64,000 nt of DNA. Source: Macrostomum lignano (Eukaryota). The stretch covers positions 62,001 through 126,000 of the forward strand of contig NIVC01001190.1 in the NCBI GenBank assembly GCA_002269645.1, read 5' to 3'. Shown here one piece after another: positions 29,444 to 40,526 of this stretch (position 1 is the stretch's first letter; the number at the start of each line of letters is the position of its first letter). Both the position numbers and the translations under genes were made by a program. The notes under the pieces were generated by a model, which saw only the letters and a list, made by a program, of their open reading frames with translations, was not told where the DNA came from and searched no databases.

Positions 29444-31210
29444 ACTTTACTTTGTGTGGAGAGGTCAGTGCATGATTCATTCCTGCTTCTAACAGATTAA
29501 ACCGTCTCAAAGACCAAGTCTGAACGCTTGAAGTGAGAAGGCAGGGGAGAGGCAGAATTGAATAGCCTCACGTATTTAAATTTGTGGACTTCACTACTTC
29601 TAGTAAACGCAAGGGTGACTTATACTATTTACAAAGTTTAGAATCAAGTAAATCAGAATTGCATGCGGTGGAGACACTGATTCATAGGCTGTGTACATTT
29701 ACAAATGCAGCTGGGGTTTGTCAATGCAGGTAGAGGTTGGCGGACTCGGATTTGCTCGCGGGGGTTGATGTGTGCATTAAAAGTTGGTTTCTTGCTAACT
29801 GGGGCGGCATGGATGACGTAATCGGAGAAGAGAGGGGTTTTGAAGTTTAATATATGGTCTGTGCTGTGGAAAGATCTGTCTGTACACTGAAAATGGAGAG
29901 AGGGTCGAAATTCCTTGGCATTTAGAAGGGGGGACAGAGAAAACAGGGGCGAGTGTTAAAATTTAGCTCGATTTGTTATGGGGTCTGCGCTGTGTCTGGT
30001 AAACATCGGAGGGGTGGCTGTTTTCGAACAGGGTTGAATTTGACTATGGTCCGAGTTAAAGGGTGATTCAACATTCAGTATAGGGGCTTCGAGGGGTGAG
30101 GATATACCGTAAAGCAGTAGCAGTTGATAATTACCAATTAAAGGTCTTGTATCATCCACACTGTCAATATAGAAATATAAAGCACTGCTTCAACACAGTC
30201 TTGTATTTGGGGGGCAGACTTGGGAGAGACTTGAATGACGCAACCTCCACCCCATTGCTTGGCGAGAGTTTGTACAGGCCCGCCTCTATATGAAAGTATG
30301 TGTATTTTATAAGTGATTTCGAATAAATTATCAGCATATTCAAACCTACATTCTCCGAGGGTGAAAATGTACATACCTAATTTTTGGGGTATGTAGCGGA
30401 TATGAGTATAGAGGCTATCGATGTACATATAGACTCCGACCCGTATTATTCAAATGTCTGAGAAATGTACATTGGAAATATACATTTACGTTGTAGGCTA
30501 CACAATTAGTTGACTCATTTAGATGGGATTGTACAACTGTACTTGTAGTAGGTTTTCGAGTTGTAATTTTGGTGCGCGCGCGCGCGCTGGGGATGACACT
30601 GTAGATTAATGCACATACTGCATACATATAGAATTGGGGATAGACAATTTGAGATATGGATTAATGTACATGGGAATAATGTACATATCCAATTTGAGAT
30701 AGATAGGGATTAATGTACATGGAATTAATATGAGCACATGGATTATTACAACTACATATTGGCATATCACGCTTAGGATAGCGTTTTTGTATACTACTTA
30801 CTTCATTTTCAGATAGTAGTATAATTTGCGTTTTTTGCGTCAAAACATCTGAAAACCCTGCAGTTTCTGCGTGCTACGTAGTCAAGTGCACAATTGATTC
30901 AATCGATTACTCGTTTATACGCAAAGCATCGAGAGAGTTTTTAATTGCATCGAAACTTTCTGACTATCATTGAGAATCGTGGTGACTCTAACAATTATTA
31001 TTGTTACAACTAATAATAGAAAAACTACTTGAAACTGAAACTGAAACAATCTAGGGCATGTCTTACTCAACAAATTCTTACATGTATTTCATACAGTCGT
31101 CTAGCACATATATCTCAATTTAATAGTCAATCGTTGTGATGATAAATAATTAGACCGAAAATAACAAAGGGAAAAACTGATTTTTTGAGCCCGTCGTTTT
31201 AAAACAAAAA
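29444..31210 (-). repeat. Right arm of a long inverted repeat (1767 bp)
   Basis: Mirror ORFs in the six-frame track; ends checked by eye (tttttgttttaaaacgac / gtcgttttaaaacaaaaa). Confidence 0.95.
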
Positions 31211-31865
31211 TGCAATTGTAGCAGTCCTAAGCCTGCCGAAACGAGGGTGAAAGCAACGATGTCTGCCCGCCAGCAAAAGTTGTCTATGGCCCCAAGTGGG
31301 CACAAAGAAACTATGTGTATATTTTGAGCTAATATTAGCATTAACATGAGATATTAACATTAATTTACAGTTGCTCAGGTTGCACTAAAGTCGCAATCCG
31401 CCGCAATCAACCCGCAGGTGACAGAATCCGCTGCCAGCAGACCTCATGGCTGGCTAGCCGTGGTTTGGCTACTCGGGACGCTGCAGTTCACCTCCCCGAC
31501 TGAACGAGGCCATCGCTGATTTTGTCCGCTAAGATGGCGTTCCGCGACGATGGCCGGCCGGCGGCCACGTTCTGATGCTTGGCGGCGCCGCCTAGTGAGT
31601 TATTGCATCCCACCACAACAGATGAGCACATTCCATCCATAATTGACTCGTCTAAAGCAAATACCCCCAGTCGGAATCCATAAATCCTTATCTGATTACA
31701 ACTGTAACGTAAATTCTGAATTGTACTTATGAATTGTACTTCTGAATTAACACCCCTCGTAAATTGAATTACGAGGTACTTCGAGTATAAAAGTTCAGTA
31801 AAACAGAAATACTAAAGTAACTGACTAAAAATGACACTTTTAAAATCTTTCGCAACAGCTGTAGC

Positions 31866-32580
31866 CAGGGGCGCGGATTTAGGGGTCCGGTGGGAGCGCC
31901 ACTCCTCCCAGCGCTCCCTAGGAACTTTTATTACCTGGATACCTAGGTACTTCTTCCTAGGTACTAGAATTTACCTTGGCTAGTAATCAACATACTGTGA
32001 TTTACTTTGCTAAAATTCTACAGTTTTTGACGCTGGGCCGTTAAATCATTGATGAAACAAGTTACAACCTTATAAACTGTAAATTAATATCACAAAACAG
32101 CCGACATGTATCGAAGCAACGAAACTAACCAGTCAAAAACACATTTTGCTCTCTCATTCAGATTCTGCCCGATCGCTACGAGGGCTTCCAGCGCGCTCTG
32201 CCGTTGCCGGAGTGCAGCGGGTGAGATTGCCACCTGGCCACTCGGCTGCCGGCATTCTTTGTCCAGCCGGACCTGGAGCCCAGGATGTACAACGCCTATG
32301 GCCTGGCCGCTGCGATGTCATGGGGGCACCACAAACCTGCACTTGGATATCGCCTGGATACCCGGATACTTTGGTTACCATAGCAACATTAATAGAAAAC
32401 GAGAAGCAGATGAATGTTTATTTAAAACCAGTTTGATTATTGTTATCCCAGATTTAGACTATGAAACACCCGATGGCCGATATGATACGAACTAAGTTTT
32501 GTTATTTTTCAGTTTTAACTGCTCCTGTCTTTTCGTGGTTCATATTTTCAGAATTTAACTAGCAATCAGCGCCCCCCCCT
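31866..32580. mobile_element. Possible TIR DNA element carrying a gene fragment
   Basis: CAGGGGCGCGGATT (31866) and AATCAGCGCCCC (32564-32575) form an imperfect ~12-bp TIR; no TSD seen. Confidence 0.4.
32162..32354 (+). pseudogene. KDM3: KDM3/JMJD1-family JmjC exon fragment
   Basis: [46 protein letters not shown]...(frameshift)[10 protein letters not shown], versus the KDM3 consensus [36 protein letters not shown]; preceded by a ttcag acceptor. Confidence 0.8.
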
Positions 32581-32783
32581 TGGGGAGCCAAAAAAATGCA
32601 GTACAAGTTTTTTTTTAATAAACTACATGTAGATTGTAGTGTCTCTTTGCAATAACCTCAGCAATCGCTTGTAAGCGTTGACATCTCAGCAATTCCTCCC
32701 CCCACAAGTCTTAACACATCAAACTCCGCCCTTGACATCTGAGCGATGACCCCCATAAGCCTTGAAATCTTAAAAAATCTGTC

Positions 32784-32837
32784 AACCCTAACCCTAAGCC
32801 TAACCCTAACCCTAACCCTAGCCCTAACTAACCCTAA
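32784..32837. repeat. Interstitial (CCCTAA)n telomere-type tract, about 9 units
   Basis: aaccctaaccctaagcctaaccctaaccctaaccctagccctaactaaccctaa. Confidence 0.85.
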
Positions 32838-33139
32838 AGCATTGCTTCCTTTATGTTTTGCATGACGTTTCTTTGTGTTTTACATGATGCTTCTATTATT
32901 TTTTACAAGACTTGAAAAAAAGCAAAAAGGCTTGACATCTCAAAATCCCCCCGTAAACCTTAAAATCTCAGAAATTCTTCCAAAGAGTCACAGCAGAGTT
33001 TACGGAAGGCTTCTTTTATTTTCAACATGAAGCTTTTTAAGTTTTGAAATGACGCTCCTTTTTGACATGACGCTTCTTTTTACATGATGCTTATTGATTT
33101 TTACATGGTGCTTCTTTTTTACATTTTTTCATTTTTACA

Positions 33140-33620
33140 TAAAGCTTATTTTCTTTTCTACATGACGCCTCTGTTATTTTTTCATGACGCTTCTATGATT
33201 TCTTACATTACGCTTCTATGATTTTTACCTGATGCTTCTATGATTGTTTACATGACGCTTCTATGATTTTTACATGACGCTTTTATGATTTTTACATTAC
33301 GCTACTATGATTGTTGACATGACGCTTCTATGATTTTTACATGACGCTTCTATGATTGTTTACATGACGCTTCTATGATTTTTACATGACGCTTCTATGA
33401 TTGTTTACATGACGCTTCTATGATTTTTACATGACGCTTCTATGATTTTTACATGACGCTTCTATGATTGTTTACATGACGCTTTTATGATTTTTACATT
33501 ACGCTACTATGATTGTTGACATGACGCTTCTATGATTTTTACATGACGCTTCTATGATTTTATACATGACGCTTCCATGATTGTTGGCATGACGCTTCTG
33601 TGATCGTTTACATGACGCTT
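33140..33620. repeat. 22-23-bp satellite (TTTTACATGACGCTTCTATGAT)n
   Basis: Read directly. Confidence 0.92.
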
Positions 33621-33932
33621 CTTTTTTTGCTTTTATTAGCTGTGTTTTGATATTAGAATACACATACAGGCGCAGTCCCAAGGCTTTTTGCCGAATTTTG
33701 CGGACACGTTTGTGGACAAGTCTGGCTTGAGTTTATGGTTTGACAGCCACTTTGACTTGTCATTTTCTTCTACCGAAAACCGATTAAAGGCTTTCAAACC
33801 TTTCGATAAAAGTTGCCAGAAAAAATTTATGCGAAGACTACATATATATTTACTTGTATAGCTAAAGCAACTAGAACGTCAGAAGCTTCCCCTCACCATT
33901 CCCCTCTGAGGGATATAAACAAGTGCATCTTA

Positions 33933-34700
33933 TCAGGGATATGGAATTAGAAATCGTGGATTCGGATTCCAAAGTGAGGAATCAGGGATATGGAATTAGG
34001 AATCGTGGATTCGGATTCCAAAGTGAGGAATCAGGGATATGGAATTAGGAATCGTGGATTCGGATTCCAAAGTGAGGAATCAGGGATATGGAATTAGAAA
34101 TCGTGGATTCGGATTCCAAAGTGAGGAATCAGGGATATGGAATTAGGAATTGTGGATTCGGATTCCAAAGTGAGGAATCAGGGATATGGAATTAGGAATC
34201 GTGGATTCGGATTCCAAAGTGAGGAATCAGGGATATGGAATTAGAAATCGTGGATTCGGATTCCAAAGTGAGGAATCAGGGATATGGAATTAGGAATCGT
34301 GGATTCGGATTCCAAAGTGAGGAATCAGGGATATGGAATTAGGAATTGTGGATTCGGATTCCAAAGTGAGGAATCAGGGATATGGAATTAGGAATTGTGG
34401 ATTCGGATTCCAAAGTGAGGAATCAGGGATATGGAATTAGGAATTGTGGATTCGGATTCCAAAGTGAGGAATCAGGGATATGGAATTAGGAATTGTGGAT
34501 TCGGATTCCAAAGTGAGGAATCAGGGATATGGAATTAGGAATTGTGGATTCGGATTCCAACATGAGGAATCAGGGATAGGGAATTAAGAATTGGGGATTC
34601 GGATTCCAACATTAGGAATCAGGGATATGGAATTAGGAATTGGGGATTCGGATTTCAACATGAGGAATCAGGGATAGGGATTAGGAATCGTGGATTGAGA
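33933..34700. repeat. 49-bp satellite
   Basis: Unit AGGGATATGGAATTAGGAATCGTGGATTCGGATTCCAAAGTGAGGAATC, about 15 copies. Confidence 0.95.
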
Positions 34701-35664
34701 TTAAAAATGAGCTTCTTTCAGTTTCTATGATAGCTGGCAGTCTTTCAAACATTTAGAAAAAGGTGCCATAAGCTCCTCTCTGCCTTATGAATTATGATAG
34801 CCGACCCAGTCTTCAAGTTTCTCGCAAAAGGTGCCATATGCCCTATCTGGGAAAGGGAATTAAGAATCTTGGATTCGGATTCCAAACATGATCGAGGAAT
34901 CAGGGATAGGGAATTACGAATCGGGGATTGAGATTAAAAATGAGCTTTTCTCGGTTCTATGATTTCTGGCAGTCTTTCAAACATTAGACATTCAAACATC
35001 AAACATCAAATATTCTTTCAAACATTATATATACTACACCTTGTGGGATTACACGCAGGTGCGGTTTTAGTTGGGGGGGGGGGGTAAAAGCCTATTCAAA
35101 GGCTTAATAAACTTCATAATGAAGATTTACGTCTGCGAAAACTCTGATTCCCGCCCTCATGCGCCACATCTCCCCCCCCCCCTACTCCTGTAGGTTAGGG
35201 TGATGAAATATCAGAAGAGTGATGTACTGTAAAGGAGAGGATCGCGAGATAGGACAATAGGTAGAGATACAGAGAGGGGGGTAGGACGAGAGTAGCATGA
35301 CTGAATGATCTGGAGGAAGGTGATAAAAAGCGATAAAAGCGATATGGGCGATTCTGTGTGGCAACATAACTCATCACTAACAGTGCATCAAGTGAGTAAA
35401 ATGAGTAAAAGATTAAGACAAAGGCATTACACAATTAAGTAGTAAAAGCAAATCATAACTCAATTATAATAACAAGGTAGTAACTTCGTATATACTCAGC
35501 AACATCGAAAAGTCGCCATCACAGAAGTCTGTGGTCGTCACTTTTGAAAGCGCAGGTAAAGTTTCTGAATCTTTGCGAGTGACGCAACTCAGCTACGCCA
35601 CGCGGCAGACTTGAGTTGAGGAATGCAGTGGGGGAGCGGTGTGCGAGGGTTGGACGGATTAAAG

Positions 35665-35870
35665 CTGCGGTTCTCAACCTTTTTTCAGGCGACCCCAATT
35701 TATTCACTCGCATCATTTTTTAATGTTCGCGACCCCTTTTAAAATCAATATATTCTACATGTAATGCATTATTATGTATGACAAACTCACACATTTCTTA
35801 GTGCTGCGACCCCCAGAAAATGGTCACGCAACCCCACTGGGGGTCGCGACCCATAGATTGAGAACCACTG
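35665..35870. mobile_element. hAT (Charlie-like) MITE, 206 bp
   Basis: TIR CTGCGGTTCTCAA...TTGAGAACCACTG; perfect 8-bp TSD GATTAAAG (35657-35664, 35871-35878). Confidence 0.9.
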
Positions 35871-36169
35871 GATTAAAGCTATCCCGATTAGTTTATATCA
35901 TATCTTTTATTTATAATATTTTAAAATAGTCAAAGAGATATTACTCACTGGCGCATAGAGTGGCGACTTTTCAATGTCGCTGAGTAAAGATATTTAGTAG
36001 ATCCTGAACTCTGAGCAAATAGTGATCTAGATGGAGTATACCTTATTGAAAAATAATCAATAACAAAACAATCAACAATAACAAGTCCAAAAATGACACT
36101 TTTGATTTTTATAGTGCCAAATAGATATAAATCTGCGCTGATCCCTGAAGCCATGCCTTTAAGCCCAAA

Positions 36170-37190
36170 ACAGCGCGGAAAACTCAAATTGGCGCCCAAA
36201 GTCAAATTTGGTGCCAGGATCACCAAATCAGCGCCGGTCGGCGCCAGAATCGCCGAATCAGCGCCGGAATGCTGAAATCAGCTTTAGAATACCTTAACCA
36301 GCGCTGGACAGCTCAAACTGGCGCTAGAAAGCTCAAATCGGCGCAGGATAGCTCAAATCGGCGCAGGATAGCTCAAATTGGCGCCGGAAGTCAAATTTGG
36401 CGCCAGGATCGCCGAATCCGCGCCGGAAAGGTGAAATCAGCGCCAAAAAGCCCGGACCGGCGCTGGAAAGCTTAAATTGGCGCGGAAAAGCTCAAATTGG
36501 CGCCGGAAGTCAAATTTGGCGCCAGGATCACCAAATCGGCGCCAGTATCGCCAAATCAGCGCCGGAATGCTGAAATCAGCGCCAAAAAGCCCGAAACAGT
36601 GCTGGAAAGCTTAAATTAGCGCAGGATAGCTCAAATCGGCGCCAGAAGTCAAATTTGGCGCCAGGATCACTAAATCGGCGCCAGTATCGCCAAATCAGCG
36701 CCGGAATGCTGAAATCAGCGCTAAAAAGCCCGGACCAGCGCTGGAAAGCTCAAATCGGCGCAGGATAACTCAAATTGGCGCGGGAAAGCTCAAATTGGCG
36801 CTGGAAGTCAAATTTGGCGCCAGGATCGCCGAATCCGCGCCGGAAAGGTGAAATCAGCGCCAAAAAGCCCGGACCGGCGCTGGAAAGCTTAAATTGGCGC
36901 AGAAAATCTCAAATTGGCGCCGGAAGTCAAATTTGGCGCCAGGATCACCAAATCGGCGCCAGTATCGCCAAATCAGCGCCGGAATGCTGAAATCAGCGCC
37001 AAAAAGCCCGGACCAGTGCTGGAAAGCTTAAATTAGCGCAGGATAGCTCAAATCGGCGCAGGATAGCTCAAATTGGCGCCGGAAGTCAAATTTGGCGCCA
37101 GGATCACTAAATCGGCGCCAGGATCGCCGAATCCGCGCCGGAAAGCTGAAATCCGCATGAGAAGACCTTAACCAGCGCTGGAAAGCTCAA
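36170..37190. repeat. Higher-order satellite of 18-21-bp AAATYRGCGCC monomers
   Basis: The monomer variants recur in a fixed order with a period of roughly 120-140 bp. Confidence 0.85.
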
Positions 37191-37890
37191 ATTCTCTCTT
37201 CTCTCTCACTCTCCTCTCTCCTCTCTTATATCGTCTGTTCACTCTCATCTTTGCTCTCTCATTTCCCTCTCTCTTCTGTCATCTCTACTCTCCTCTCTAC
37301 TGTGTACTCTTCTCTTTCCCCTCTTCTGACTCCTCTCTTTCCTTACTTCTCTTCCCTCTTCTATACTCTCTCCCCTCTATTCTCTTTTCTCGTCTCTCCG
37401 CACTCTGCCCTCTCTTCCTTCATCTCTTATCTCTACTCTACTCTCTCATATTTCCTTTCATCTCACTCATCTCTACAATCTCATCTCCTCTTCCCTTTAC
37501 TCTATCATCTCTCCTTTGTCCTCTCTTCTTTGTCAACTCTCTCTCTTCTCTCTTCTCACTCGTTTCTCCCCCTCTTATCTCCTCCCCTCTATCCTTTCTA
37601 ATCCCCCCTCTCGATACTCTCATCTCCTCTTTGTTCTCTCATCTCACTCTTCTCTACTCTCCTCTCTCATCGATCCTCTGTCTCATCTCTCCCCTCTTCT
37701 CTCTCCATCTTCTCACCTCTACTATTTCCTCTCCCTTCTCTCTCCCCTCCTCTCGCTTCTTCGTCCCATATTCTTTGCTCTCTCCTCAACCTCCTCGTAC
37801 GTCTCTCCTGTTATCTTCTATCTTTTCTTTTATCCCCTCTCGCCCCTCCTTCCTTTCTAATAGTCTATTCCTTTTCCTTTTCACTCTCAT
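37190..37890. repeat. CT-rich polypyrimidine low-complexity tract
   Basis: Read directly. Confidence 0.9.
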
Positions 37891-38053
37891 CTGGCCCGTA
37901 TCTGCCGATCTGCCGATCCCTGCTTCGAAAGCCAGTTTGTGGGACGTAGTATATCATGGTTGTTATCATTTCTCATGCTTTAATCACGTCATCTTTCTGG
38001 TCAATTAGCAGCCCTGAGAGAAATTTGTATATCTCCAGCTCCACCACCACGGT

Positions 38054-38398
38054 TAGCAGATTTCGGCTAGCAGATTTCGGCTAGCAAACTTTGGCTAGCA
38101 GATTTCGTCTAGCAGATTTCGGCTAGCAGATTTCGGCTGGCAAACTTCGGCTAGCAGATTTCGGCTAGCACATTTCGGCTAGCACATTTCGGCTAGCAGA
38201 TTTCGGCTAGCACATTTCGGCTAGCACATTTCGGCTAGCACATTTCGGCTAGCAAACTTCGGCTAGCAAACTTCGGCTAGCAGATTTCGGCTAGCACATT
38301 TCGGCTAGCACATTTCGGCTAGCAAACTTCGGCTAGCAGATTTCGGCAAGCAAATTTCTCGCTAGCAAACTTCGGCTAGCAGATTTCCTGCTAGCAGA
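38054..38398. repeat. 14-bp tandem repeat (AGCAGATTTCGGCT)n
   Basis: Read directly; about 24 units. Confidence 0.92.
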
Positions 38399-38769
38399 TC
38401 TCGTACTCCCACCACCACAGTCTGCAGCAGTCTAACAACCATGGAAATACGCATTTCTTAGGAAGCCATTTAAATTTTAAAATACCTTATGCGAATCTTA
38501 ATGTTAAAATTTTCATGGTGTAACTAATTTACCAGTAGTAGGATTGCATTGTAATCAGTTATTCATTAATTTTTCGATATTTTTACAAACCATCCCACAT
38601 CGCCTTGATTTGCCATCCTTGTTTAACTGCTGCAGACTTGTCTATTCAGAGGACAGTGGTTTGAAATTGAATCTCGCTAAACTCTCTCCTCTCCACGCCT
38701 CTCCACGCGCGGGGGTACAGAGAAGGCTATTAAAAAGTTATTCCAAAACACAGTACATTCGCTATGTAC

Positions 38770-39440
38770 ATTGAGCCCTATCGCCTGACCCTTCGTCTGG
38801 GCTGGGGGAATGAGTGAGTGAGTGGCACAAACAACAGAAAAAGCAGACAAACTTCACATGCTTACAGTTTCTGTTCTGATTGAGTTAGAGAGTTGAAACT
38901 TTACATTTAGACAGAGAATGAATCAAAGAAGAATTGTGTTAAGTTAGAAGTCAATCGCTTCACGTGGAGCAAACTTATGGCAGCCGAAAGTTAGTCATTT
39001 TAAAACCTATTCACACCCTTTGCCCAGATCGGGAAAGAGAGGCAGGCGGGCGGAGGTTGGGGTGGCTGCCTCGCTGAAAAAAACAGCCTAACTTTAAAAG
39101 TGCACAGCGGCTTTCAGGATTAACTTTGAGATTTGAAATTTTACACGATTGTGTCAAAATAGTTGAAAATTGCCTGTGTCAAATTTGAAGAGAATCGGTA
39201 GAAGTGGAGCGGCGCTATGGAGGATTTAGTGAAAAAATCGCGCATTTTGAGCAGTTTTTTGTACTTTTAGATAGGAAGACTTGAGTCTAGGAAATTAAAA
39301 GGTAGCCTAAGACAGTCTCCGTAGTAAGTTTAGGGTGGGTGTAAAGTTTGGTGTAATTTGGTTGAGCGGTTTGGGAGTCCATAGCGAAGTAATTTGTCCA
39401 CAGACAGACAGAGTTTTGATTTTTATAGGTAGAGAAGATA
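38770..39440 (+). mobile_element. HINE/DINE-1-like (Helentron-associated) element
   Basis: 3' block gtgtaaagtttggtgtaatttggttgagcggttt...cacagacagacaga...ttttataggtagagaagat resembles HINE ends (recalled pattern only). Confidence 0.4.
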
Positions 39441-40526
39441 TTATCATTTAAAAATGAGCGACAGGAAATGATGGCTAAGACTATTGTTGCTTTGCATTTT
39501 TTTACTTTACCTGCAGTTAACTATAAAACTGAATGGACAAAACTACGCTCGTGTATTGATGGGGAAGCGCACAGCCTCACCCTACTCACATAGCTTATGA
39601 GTATCAATATCATAGACCAAATTGTACTTTTCTGTTTATAAAGTACAGGCCGAACCTAAGCTAATTGCATATGAAATTCAAACAGCGCAACAGAGACAGT
39701 TTTGACAAACAAAAAGTAAACAAACAAACAAATCAACAAAAACAAAGAAACAGACAAAATCGAAAACGAATGAAAATAAAAAAATAGGTTAATTCGCGAC
39801 AGTTGACGGCATAGCTAATAAGAGTTGGGGATTTGACGCAATTATTGGAGAAGACAAGCTGCAGCAGAGAGACTTAATCAGTTTTTTTACGATGAACAAG
39901 ACCGATAGAAATGAAACATGGGTTCGGTAGCAACAGAAACTGACGCATAAACACACAAATTTTATAAATGCCAAATCGCGTAAACACAAACGGCAGGTTA
40001 ATATATGAAAATACCAATAGTAGTATAGTAGAGAAAATGTCGACAATCGCAAAATAGTTCAGCATGTACTTTTGTTGCGTACATTAAAAGTTAAAAAGTC
40101 AATTATTACATAACTATAACTTTAAATGTTATCTGGGTGCGCCCAGCTGGATGGCCCAGTAATTTTACAATTGATGAGGAACTACGCAATCCTACGCCGG
40201 AAGATCACGTTGGAAACCTGTTTCGTTAATTGACCGAAGAAGAAGAAGCTGGCCTACATCATGTGGAGCAAGAAAGTAAACGGAAGTCGACAGTTAAGCA
40301 AACTGAATTGCATATTCGCAAACTAAAAGTTTCTACGCGCGGAGAATTTACCTGACCACATCGAGAATATGCCAGTGAGGTATCTCAACTCCTATCTACG
40401 CCTGTTCTTCGTTCAGTTTAACTTTAATCAATCAAACTAAGGTCAGAAGGTATACCGCGTGAGAAATCGAGACTTGTCAATGGACTATTTATCTAATGTT
40501 TATCTCATGTTACATAATAATAATTG

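Noticed and set aside
27123-31210. Palindrome as a missed-adapter long-read artefact
   Set aside because: The arms differ and enclose a unique 503-bp spacer; less likely, though raw reads are needed to exclude it.
37251-38008. Leu/Ser-rich membrane-like ORFs
   Set aside because: Derived from CT low-complexity sequence.
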